From NCBI RefSeq assembly GCF_001949145.1, contig NW_019091360.1:802137-866136 (forward strand): 64,000 nt of DNA. Reading direction: 5' to 3'. A model generated the notes under the pieces. The model was not told where the DNA came from. It did not search any database and saw only the letters and a list, made by a program, of their open reading frames with translations. A program made the translations under genes and the position numbers. Below, in pieces: positions 51,101 to 63,100 of this stretch. This DNA comes from Acanthaster planci. Taxonomy: Eukaryota. The stretch's first letter is position 1. Every line of letters begins with the position of its first letter.

Positions 51101-54100
51101 TTACTTACATGTATACTTCATTATTGTGACATTTCGTGTAGCTGCCAATATGCAGGCATCAGGAGCATCCACACCTAACTTCATGCATCACCATCACAAC
51201 TCAGGCACCCACCTGTCTGTAGAAGGCAGCGAAGAGGCTTCGAGGAAAGACAGCAGTGCATCAGCAAGTAATCTCCCTAAAGTGGCTAGTGCTACAAGTA
51301 TGAAGGTACAAACTCTCTATGTGCTAAATCAACCTGCACCCCAAGTTGCATATCAGCTGTGGGTAGTATTCTCTCACTGACAAAGAGGCAGTTTAGTGGA
51401 GATTGTTTTAACAGGGTACCAGGCACACATAAAGACTATACATTCTAACATAACATGCTCACATGTTGCCAAATGTGCAGACATTTACTGGTATAACCCT
51501 AACAGTACAAAATACTAAAAATTACTACTTAATAGTAAAATGTAGTATACATTGCTGTCACTTGTAAGAGGACATGACCATATTGTTATCTGAAGCCATA
51601 AGATACAATAGATAAGACAATGTACCATACAGTGCTGTGGCATGATGAATGCATGGCTTTATTGTTCTTTGTTTGAGTAACAATGAGGGGTGCCCTAGCC
51701 AGAAGAAGTAATTTGTAGCGCTAGGTCCTTCAGGAGCGAAGACCTAGACCTAGCTCTAAGGCAACAGATTCAGATGCAGCCTCAGACTACTATGTAGTAT
51801 TTTATAGTACTGAGTTCTGTAAGCCAAATGATACGCTGGACTGTTAGGGTTAAAGTGAGTTTATACCAAAGACGGACATGTATCATTGCTATCCAAAGCT
51901 CAACATCTCTTGTTCCTTTATAGAGCAGATAACAAAAAATGCTGTACAAGTGCATGTATCTTTGTGTACAGTCCAAATACATTGCTTTTGATTTTGTCAA
52001 TTTTTTTCTAGGGATAGTGCTTGGCATATTTCCTGCCATTGTTATCAAGCCATGACAGTATCAAAATTTGCACTAACCCTAAACCATGGTCACCCCATGA
52101 CAGAAGCTCAACCTTGAGCATGCAGTTAAGCAGCTCCTATCTGCCATCTGATGAACCATCTTGTGTTCTGTTGTACCATTGTTTTCTTTGAACATGAAGA
52201 GGAGGTGGGAAATTGATATAAGGCTAAGGTCATGAATTCAGTGGTTACAATGTATTCAAATCAGTAAAACTGGGCAATATGCTTTCTTATTTGATGTTAT
52301 GACTACATGACATAAGCAGCACCAGCCACCAAACAAGACAGGACTGACAATGAAATCAAAACAGTTGAGGCAGAGTTCTAGAATCAAATTCAACACGAAT
52401 TTAATCGAACACTGTCTACGAACTTTTACAGAAGTTGGGCCTGAGCGACCCAGCATTACGTTGAGGGACATGGACATAGAGAGTCTTAACTCCAGCCCAG
52501 TTATAACAATCTTAGTAAAAGTATTATGTAACAAAATATTTGGAAGATTTATTAAAGGCAAAGAGGGTTATATCGTACATGCCAAGGAACAAAAACGTTC
52601 ACTGGGCCATATCAATGTTTTCTTCCAGGCGAGGAGCAACTTCATGCGCAAGATTCCCCCTGGGGCTGAGGCCTCTAATGTCCTGGTTGGTGAGGTGGAC
52701 TTCCTGTCTCGTCCTATCATAGCGTTTGTCCGGCTGGCACAGTCTGTCCTCCTAGAGGACCTGACAGAGGTACCTATCCCAACCAGGTTCCTCTTCATCA
52801 TGCTGGGTCCCCACTGTGAAGAAGAGACCAAGTACCATGAGATCGGTCGCTGCATTGCCACACTCATGTCAGATCCGGTCTTCCATGGTGTCGCCTACAA
52901 AGCCAAGACAGTAGAGGACCTGCTGGCCGGTATTGATGAGTTCATGGATCAGGTCACAGTCTTACCTCCTGGTGAGTCCTGGCTCTTCCAGGGGTTTGCC
53001 AGATGAACCACAACAAGATTGCACAGGTCTAGTCTAATTCCACAGACCTTGTTAACAAATAAAGAAATGATAAGATGCCAGATCTCTAGTCTTCCTGAGG
53101 CCCGGCAACAAGCTCTGCTGGACCTGTTGAGGCCATTTTATGGCCTGCTGTTATAAAAATATTGACTGCTTAGAGTGGTGCAGTAAAAACTGGCCTCCCA
53201 ACGTGAGCCGTGAAGCAGGCCAGAGACAACCACTGTTTGAATTTTGTACACCAAATTTTTCTTTTCTGCAAGTTGACAACATATAATGAGGGAATGCTTT
53301 TTTCCCAACTCATTTGGGCAGTTAGCTTCACTTGTTCAGCATAACATTACCATTTCAAATTTTCAAATTTGGAATGTGAAAAAGGAGGCTTAAAAGCACT
53401 TTCCATTAACCATTAAACAACTCTGTTGTTCTAAACTATTACAGGTGTTTGGGATCCAGACATTCGCATTGAGCCACCTAAAACAGCGCCATCTACATCC
53501 CATCGGCTAAGCAGTATCCAACCAGCTAATGGCCACATTGAAGGATGCGAGGAAGAGAAGAAACATGAAGGATTGGATTTCACTGGAAGGTAAAAAGTTA
53601 CACATTGGTGCAGCATGACTAGCTCATCACTGTAGCTCCACCAGGCACTGTCGCACTATTTGTTCTCAATTTTTACTCAAGATCTTTTGTCGTCTTACCC
53701 AAGTAGGGTTTTCTTTTAATTCCATCGAACTCATACTTAAGTGTGTTTATAGCAACAGCCTGTAAGTGAACTTTCAAAGTCTCAATCATGCTTAACAGAA
53801 ACCATATTTCTCTCTTAATTCAGTGTACTGTTGAAGGAAACTGGCTTTTTTGTGTTAGGAAAAAATAAAGTTGGCCCTTCACATTTCAAGTTGGGAATTT
53901 GGACTCGTTCATTAATTCAGGGTAGAGATGTCAACAAATTTTAGAATACCATGGGAGTGCCAAATTCTTTCATGTGTTAAGAGTGAACCCCAGGACAGCA
54001 ATCAGCAGAAAAATAACAAAGAAGAAACAGGTTCAACTTATAACAAGATTTGGAACCAGCCTTTCAGAGAATGCAGTTATGTGTGGAATGTCAAGTGGTC

Positions 54101-57100
54101 AGAGACCATTCAGATCTTAATCCTAAGCCAACACTGAAAGGGCATCTGCATTGTAAGTTTGCATAAAGAAAATGAATGATCTGTACTGAGTAAATGAAGC
54201 TTTGCAGCCATGAAACAAATACATGTGTAGTGAATTTGTAATTATCTCCAGTGTGACACCATCATAGTCACAACTTGTCATTGGCTGTGTCACAGTTCAA
54301 GTATACACATAACTGGATTCTTTTCTTTCTTTTCCATTAGACCATTTGGTGGGCTTGTTGCAGATGTTAGACGTCGACTTCCACACTATCTGAGTGACTA
54401 CAAGGATTCTCTTCACTTACAGTGTCTTGCCTCCATCTTCTTCATGTACTTTGCTTGCATCACTCCTGTCATTACATTTGGTGGGCTGCTTGGCGAAGCA
54501 ACTAACAATCTCATGGTATGTAAGAGATGCAAAACTTGGAGTTATAGACAGGACCATTGGGTCAGGCAGTTGGACAAGTCAGGAGATTTGTGACACGGAT
54601 CCACTGTGATATTCAATTGTAGAAACTGACAGAGGAATGTACTGTGTACTTCTTGCCCCAAGTGCAGAAACATTCCACCTCTTTTTCCTCAACCTCTGTA
54701 ATATTATGTGTCTGGAGCCGTTGTCAAGGAAACAATTTAAAATCTCAAAAAATTGTACAGTATACAGTTTACCAAAACTCTTTTCTTGAACTAAAAAAAT
54801 AAGCATCTTAGAGCATAAGTCACATTTCTAGCCATGAGAATGTTTTTAGGTAAGCATTCTTAAGGATAGAAAAGATACAAAGTTATTGTCTAAGTTTTCC
54901 ATTTATATGGTTACTTTACATTCAAAGAGTGCTTCGGATAACAAAACAGACCTGTTTTGTGGACTTTTGCTTGACTTGGGCCGAGTCCTTGAGGATTTTG
55001 GCCGTAGTCCAAGTCCACAAAACAGTCCAACAAAAAGCAGACTTGAGTCTGAGTTAAGACTCAAAGACTAGAACACTGGTAACATACCAATCTGAAGAGG
55101 ACAGCACATGTACTTGGTAAAAGTTAAAAACTTGTTTTCCTTTCGTGACAGGCCACATTAGAAGGTCTACTCGGGTCAGCCATTTGTGGAGTTGGATTTG
55201 CATTGTTCTCAGGCCAGCCACTGACTATTCTTGGGAGCACAGGCCCTATTCTCATTTATGAAAAAATCCTGGTTGCCTTCTGCCAGTAAGTGTTTGCACG
55301 GTATTGCTGAACACATTCATTGATGTAGTTGAAGCGTTGGATTTTTAAGACAGCTGTCATTTCTGTATTTTTTATTTGGTCATTTATTTGATTCATTCTC
55401 AATAATTGTGGACAGACTTTATCACTGGCTATCTACAGAGACTGCAAACAAATTATTCTCTGTATCACTTGACCCATAAGCCAGTTGGAATAATTTGCCT
55501 ATTGATAAAGTGCCTTTGCTGTGTGAAGTTCACTACTGTCAGCTTTTTCAGGCCATGCTACCTTTGTACAATCTCAGTGGAGTAGTATGCTCCATTGAGT
55601 CTGAAAAAAATATGAAATTAACTCTGGAGAGATGTCCAAGGCTACTTGAATTAGTCAGAGGGGAAATTTGAAGAAAAAACAGGCAGAAGAGGGGACTGCA
55701 TTTTCATTATGGGTCAGAAATTATGCAGATATACATTCATGGCATGTCTTAAAGCCTGCCTGACATCCTCTGATTTTATCTTTCAAATGGTCTTCAGATT
55801 ATCCAGGTGATCAGATGTATAGATCATAAAGGTTTACACTGAGAATCAGACCAATCTAAGCCCCAACAACTTGATGAAATCAGCAATTTTTTTTGTACAT
55901 CCGATGTCACTGTATCTGAAAATAGTGGATAGATATGCAGGCAGCTCTCTTGATTTCACAAGATGCAATATTAGGTTACATGATGGCAGCCCTCATGAAA
56001 GCAAATGGCTGAATGGACAAATTCTCTCTGGAATTGAATTGATCTGTGGCAAAGCTTTGCATATTCCTGTGATACGACTGGAACAATGGTTTGGGTATGC
56101 CAAGTTGGCCAAGATGGGTTTACACACTGTCAATGCATGTAGTATAGGTATTGCAGTTTGTGATGAGACCTTTACATAGCCCAGAACAGGCTTCAAAATA
56201 CCCACTGCCCCAGTAGAATAAGGCCAATGATTTCTAACATTGGTCGTGCACCATTGATGCTTGTGCAAGATACTGGTGCAAGAACAGTTGTCAAGTGTTG
56301 TGTGTTTTTTTTTTCCCTGACATATTCATAAACAAAGTCACAGGTCAAAGCTGGTATTTACAAGTCAAGCCACAAGTCACAAAAATGGCGACTCGAGTCC
56401 GACTTGAGTCCAAGTCACATGACTCGAGTCAGCAACTCTGCAAAGCAGACATAAAGACAAAGTACTGGTCCTACAAACTAAAACATAATGCAAGTGTAAT
56501 TTTTTTTACACAAAGGTACTTATGCATGTTCAACCATGTGTATAACGTGCATGCTATATTTTTTCCTCTCCAATTCCATACAGCAGTGCATATGCTCTCA
56601 TGGGAAGCCTGGAATCCTTATGTTCATGTACAGATTGACATACAGGCAAATCGATTTGAATTAATATGAAATATAACTACATTTGTACAAACATTTAAAA
56701 ACCTTTGGTATTTTTATGAAGCTTTACTCTCATGACTCTTAATTTAATAAACATTGAATTTGCCAACTTTACCGGTTAGGTCAAATGAGCTGGATTACCT
56801 GTCATTTCGCTTTTGGATCGGCTTGTGGACTTGCCTGATGGTTGTCATCCTGGTGGCCTGTGATGCCAGTGCTATGGTCAAATACTTCACACGCTTCACT
56901 GAGGAGAGTTTCTCTAGTCTGATCTCTTTCATCTTCATCTATGAAGCCATCCACAAACTCGTCAAAATTTATGAAACTAACCCAGTGGAAAAGTAAGAAT
57001 TTGACATTCTGAGATATTTCAAAGTACTACTTTTGTCTAGTATAATAACGGGATTGTGTTTAAAGGTTGTTGAAAAGAACCAGGGAGGAGATTCCTTCCT

Positions 57101-60100
57101 CTGTGATACAACTGAGAATGTTTAGTCGGTTTTATGTTTGTGGGTTCATCATTGGTTTGTTCTTTGGGTCATAATGTTAGTTCAGGGATACGGTTAGTCT
57201 CTTTAGGTCGATCAGTTAGTCTTCTGTGGTCATATCTTTTGGGGATTTGTGGTATTCTTTTGTTTTCATGCCATTTGTTTTGGTTCCCCCTGTATCATTG
57301 CGGGAAGGCTTTTTTTTTCTGTTTAGTTTTTTTCTTCCCTTACTGCTTTTCTGCATAGTTGTGGTAAAGTCCATCAGCCTATTAACAGGTGTGGTTTTCA
57401 CTTGATTATTATATGGTGTCCTTGAAGGCTGTCAAAAGTAGACCAGACTGTGCTGACCAACATGGAGTTCAGACCAAATGGCCACAGTACTGAACATTTG
57501 CCATTAGCTGTACATGTATGTAGCTGATTTCTAACTTCCTTTTACGTTCTGTGGTTGCTTTCAGATGGTCCAATGAGACTGCTGTATATGAGTGTGACTG
57601 TGTGGTGGAGAATTCAACTCTAGATTGGTTGGACAAAAAGACAGATGATTGTGATAAGATCAATGGCACAGCTATGGGCAATTACTGCGATCTCCATGTA
57701 CCAAAAAATGATGTGTTTCTGATGTCTGTCATCCTGATGCTGGGCACATTCGCCATAGCTTTCAGCTTAAAAAAGTCACGCAATACACCGTATTTTCCAA
57801 CAATAGTGAGTTGTTGCTTGCTTTGCTCCCTGTTGGGATGAAAGGAGGGCTAAAATTTTTTTATTGAGGTGTTTGTTTTTTGCCATCTTGCATAGAGGGC
57901 AGACTTTGGAAAAGAAAACACAAAAAGACCCCATAGAGGCCCATTTACAAATCAATAATGGACATTATTGACGGACAGTGATGTGCCACATGACATGTTG
58001 CATTTCTGCCCAAGGCAGTGTGCAAATCATTATGTCACAGACTGTCCACATGGACACAAGGGCCCCACAGGACGAATCAAAGGTACAGTGAAGCACTCAA
58101 CCATGCCAGGCAGTCTGTGATGCCATGCCTAAACAAAACTAAGGATTGGTCGGAAGGCACTATTTCACCGCATTATCTTTGAAAAAGCACTCAGGTGTCT
58201 TAAACACATCTCCCCATCATGTGGTTTGTCTGCTCATGGTGTAAACAGTCCTATTGACAAATCTGGCCAAAAGAAGTAGAAGCCATTAATGTGGGGTCAT
58301 TCTGTTGGCACGCAGGTGGTATGTGCATATGTCATTCCCCTCTGACCAGTAGGGTGTCTTGACTTGCCAAAGTATGCTTATGCATTCAAGTCAAGACATC
58401 AGTGTGAGTGCAGTGGCCACACAAGAATGGCATCTCTTCAGATTTGTCTATAGACCACTGTGTTTGAAATTGTTTGCCGTGTGGAATATCATTTACTACT
58501 GGCTGTGTAAATGCTGCATGAGGGGTATTAGATATATTTTTATTTCCGGACCTACAGGCATCAAATGATATTTGCTCAAACAAAAAGTAGCATAATGCCC
58601 AGTAACAAAAGGGTTCATTATATTAGTTCTGAAATATGTTTACCCGTCAGTGAATTTTAGGAAATGTTATAAATTGTCAGATCTTTCTGAATGATTAGAC
58701 TCTAATGGCACAAAACAACATAGGCACTTTCTTGGAATAATTGGCCACCCGTTTGTTGTGAAATATTCAAAGTTAGATTTTTAATAATATTTAACATCTT
58801 ATTTTCTTACACAGGTTCGCACAACAGTAAGTGATTTCTCAGTATTTTTGGCTGTTCTAATAATGATTGGAGTTGATATCCTGTTTGGAGTAAACACACC
58901 TAAACTTCACGTCCCAAGCACCTTCCAGGTAAGTTCATTGTCGAGTCAGTTTAGTTCATTTGAAAGTCAATATTGCATGTGGGCTTTTAGCTTTACATGT
59001 TGGGCTCTCACCTACGTTCATTCGCTTCTGTAAGCACATTAAAAAATACCTCAGACAGTTTACCTATTCTTGTGGGTTGAGAGCCCACCATGCAGATGGT
59101 GTAAAATATATGATAAAAGTACCAACCGGTTGAAATCATTTCTTGGTTTTGTATAAAATGTTGACTCCTATGTTGTGGGCTCTTACTCACATACATGACA
59201 TCGTCACTAAAGTTATTTTTGGCGGAGTCCATTATCCTCCCCAGGCCCCTATGCTAGTTTAGAATTGTTTCATTATACTTTGACACCTTTATTAAAGATG
59301 ACTTATTGATTTCAACAGCCCACATCCTCGGAGCGGGAAGGCTGGCTTGTCCCTCCATTTGGAAAGAACCCATGGTGGACAGCACTAGCTGCGTTTCTAC
59401 CAGCCCTCCTGGCTCTCATACTAATCTTCATGGATCAGCAGATAACTGCAGTCATTGTCAACAGAAAAGAAAACAAACTCAAGGTAAAGACAACTGGCTT
59501 AAATCTCAGCATTAACCTTGGAAAGACTTTCAGAGACATACCACTTGAACTGATTGTCCTTGCGGAGTAACCCTAAAAGTCCTGATCCTCCAATTTTAAT
59601 ATGGTTTTGCACGCACCTTAGTTGACACTACAGGGTGATCGTCAATTACACTGCTGTTGAAGGGATTGACCAATCAGAATTCAGAATATTCAACTTTGCA
59701 GAGAAATTACTTTCATGAAAAACTACCGTGTAGTTTTAGTTGACTAGTTGGAAGGCATTTTAACTGTAAAAAGAGCTGCCCAGGCGCGGGCTAAATTCTG
59801 CCCTTTCTCCACCCCACCTTCCTCACCCCATCTCAGGTATCCCACGCCTGATCTTTTTACAACTTGACTTGCATGTGAAAAGCTTCGGGAGTAATTCCAT
59901 GAAGTTTCAATTTAATCCAGCACAGGTTTATAATGGCTATTTATACTGGCCCAGAAAAAAATGTATTGTGGCAATTTTGGAGAATAGGTCGGGGGGGTTA
60001 GCATCTAGCTATTTTAGAGTTCCTATTGTAAGCATTTCTTTGAAACAAATGTTCCCATTACATGTTATCCTTAAATAAATTCTGATTTTTTTACTTTAGT

Positions 60101-63100
60101 AAATTTGTAAATAAGAATGCATTACATGCTGAGGGGCATGAAGGTGAAATGGAAAATTCACATTTGTCCTAGAAATGCGAACTGACTTTTAAGCTCAAAC
60201 CCATCCAAAATAGTGTGTATGTGTACATGTATGTGTCCTTGTCAGAACAGGTTATTCTTGTCAGTTCATGCAGTAGGTATATATAAAAAACTGGAGATAT
60301 GTGAGCTCATTTTCAGCTTAATGTTCTATCTGGCTTTGTGTTTGAATAGAAAGGAGTTGGCTACCATTTAGACCTTTTGGTGGTTGGATTGTTACTGGGT
60401 CTGTGCTCTATTCTGGGCTTGCCATGGTTTGTAGCAGCGACCGTCTTATCTATCAATCATGTCAGCAGTCTCAAAGTGGAGTCTGAGTGCAAGGCTCCGG
60501 GGGAACGACCTAAGCTGATTGGCTGCAGGTAAGCCATTACTGGTATTGGGCCCTTCACATATTTTAGCCCTTTCTCCCTGTGCATATATGACGTTGCCCC
60601 CTAGATCCCCCTCCTCACACACTACGCATACGTTGATGATATAGGAACCATTGGTTAAGTCTTCGATAGGGTTTGGAGGAAGCCTTGATGAGAAAATGCT
60701 GGTTAAGGTTTGACAGAGAATAAACAGAAAACTTGCACATTTTCTTTTTGCAGTCGTATTTATTGTGGTTGCACATACAAACACCATATAGGTGAGTGGA
60801 TGTCAGTATACTGGTGCCTGGTTTCTTGTATGCAAGACGCGGGCATGGCACACAGCCTGCTATGCTGCCTATGTATTATACAAGCAGCCCCTATCCTTCT
60901 GGTCTCATACCTGGAGATAAAGCAACTGATCAAGGACAACAGAAATTGGTGTTGTCTGAAAGTCCATGCGGTTGGATATCAGATGTTCTTCATTCACATA
61001 TTAAGTCTCAGTATAAGTAGGCGTGTTCAGTTATATTGGCAAAAGGCATATGAAGTCAAACCCTCATGTATATAACTCCTGAAAACGTGGCTGTTGCTTG
61101 GTTGATCATGTGTCGTGAGTTATTCATTCCAAAGGCACAGCTGCACTGCAAAAACAGAAGTTTGGATGCTTGGTGCCTCGTAAATTGAACATCTCATTGC
61201 CATGTAATTAGCATTACAGTGTATATGGTGCCATACTGCTCTTCATTAACCCTGACCCCCTAGGCTCTTGCACTAGAAAGCATACTGAACCTCACAAAAT
61301 CCAACAANNNNNNNNNNNNNNNNNNNNNNNNNNNNNNNNNNNNNNNNNNNNNNNNNNNNNNNNNNNNNNNNNNNNNNNNNNNNNNNNNNNNNNNNNNNNN
61401 NNNNNNNNNNNNNNNNNNNNNNNNNNNNNNNNNNNNNNNNNNNNNNNNNNNNNNNNNNNNNNNNNNNNNNNNNNNNNNNNNNNNNNNNNNNNNNNNNNNN
61501 NNNNNNNNNNNNNNNNNNNNNNNNNNNNNNNNNNNNNNNNNNNNNNNNNNNNNNNNNNNNNNNNNNNNNNNNNNNNNNNNNNNNNNNNNNNNNNNNNNNN
61601 NNNNNNNNNNNNNGGTACCAAACCTGCCGAAACCTCACAAAACCTGCTGTTGGAGTATGGCAGGTTTTGGGCAGTTAGGTTTAAAAATAGCAAATGATAG
61701 CAATAAAAGCGAAGCACTGTTCCTTGCAACAAATTTATAAAGGTATTCATCAATGAGAAAAGTGTGATGGATTACTTTTAAACTATGTTTAAACCAGCTG
61801 TGGGCCCAGCAACGATAATGGACATCTTTGGCTCAGTCCATTATCATAGCCAATTTAAGACCGTCCCATTACACTTCTACTTCCTTATTGAAGCACAATT
61901 GATACAGGACTTGACAATTTCTTGTTGAATTTGTACAAATTATTCTATTTCCACAACTCAACACAAACAGTTTTTGTATCTCTCTTTCTCCTAACATTCA
62001 ATGTGATTGTTTGATTGGTTTTGATAGAGAGCAGCGAGTGACAGCATTGATTGTATTCATTCTGATTGGTTTAGCTACACTCATGACTTCTGTTTTATCG
62101 GTACGTATCCACTGTCTTATACTTACGTGCATTCTTTCCTACATACAAGGACATAAATTCATGTGGAGCTTTTCAGACAGAATTTATCATCCTGCTTACT
62201 CGTGGATGTTTGTGAAATGTAATTGTCAAGAAATTGTTTATGTTGTAGCACTAAGTGGATCTAACTGTGTGCATTGTTGCATGTATCTGTCAGTGGTAAG
62301 GGGGATTTCTGCTTTTAATTGTAGTCTTTTTCTGTTTGTTTTCCAGCTTATTCCAATGCCTGTGTTATATGGGGTCTTTCTCTTCATGGGTATCTCCTCA
62401 TTAGCTAATGTGCAGGTATGATTTCGTATTTGGAATAATTCTGTATAACATTGAAAGTTCACTTGTTTTCAGATTTGAAGCAGGTTTTGGGAACTTTCAG
62501 CATTTTGGGTCCCTGTAGTGTTGTATCTTGTATTTCTCAACATGGGAATGCGTTTTTGCATTCTGGTGTGTGCAATGTTTTGTCTGGTATCCAGTGTGAT
62601 ACATACTAGAACTTGCTTCCATACAAGCACAAACCCACAGACGTTGCATGTGTGACTCCTACTGATGTTCCAAAATATAAGCGTTGTTTCCAGCAAAGCC
62701 ATGTTTGGGAATCAAGTACTTTTTTCCTCACCTTTCACCTCTGCAGTCCGGGTTCAATTTGTGGCTGAGTCCACATATGGATTGAGTTTGCAGGCCCTAC
62801 CTGAGTCCTTGGGTTTTACCCACAACATTCTCCTGGAGTTTTCCTCCCACATCTAAAATTGTAACTTCTTCTCATTGTCTCCTCTCTACAAGTTTCTTCA
62901 GGCTTGCGAGCCACAGTGGCTTGGGAGTTTTGAGGAATCCTTGGTTTCATAACCAGAAAAACTTAATAGTAATATTGTACAGTTGGTTTTCTTGGAATTC
63001 CATATAATTGTGCTGACAAGGCACGTACACCAAGTTGATATCTGTTAAGTATGTACCTGAAACTGCCAGAATATGCTAGAAATTATTCTATCCAATGCTT

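Noticed and set aside
52350..52628. 5' extension of the 218-aa ORF as coding sequence
   Set aside because: It has no SLC4 similarity, and a strong acceptor at 52628 marks the start of homology. This is chance intronic read-through.
9829..61753. Long ORFs of 105-390 aa in the ORF track that are mostly X
   Set aside because: They are artefacts of translating through N-gaps.
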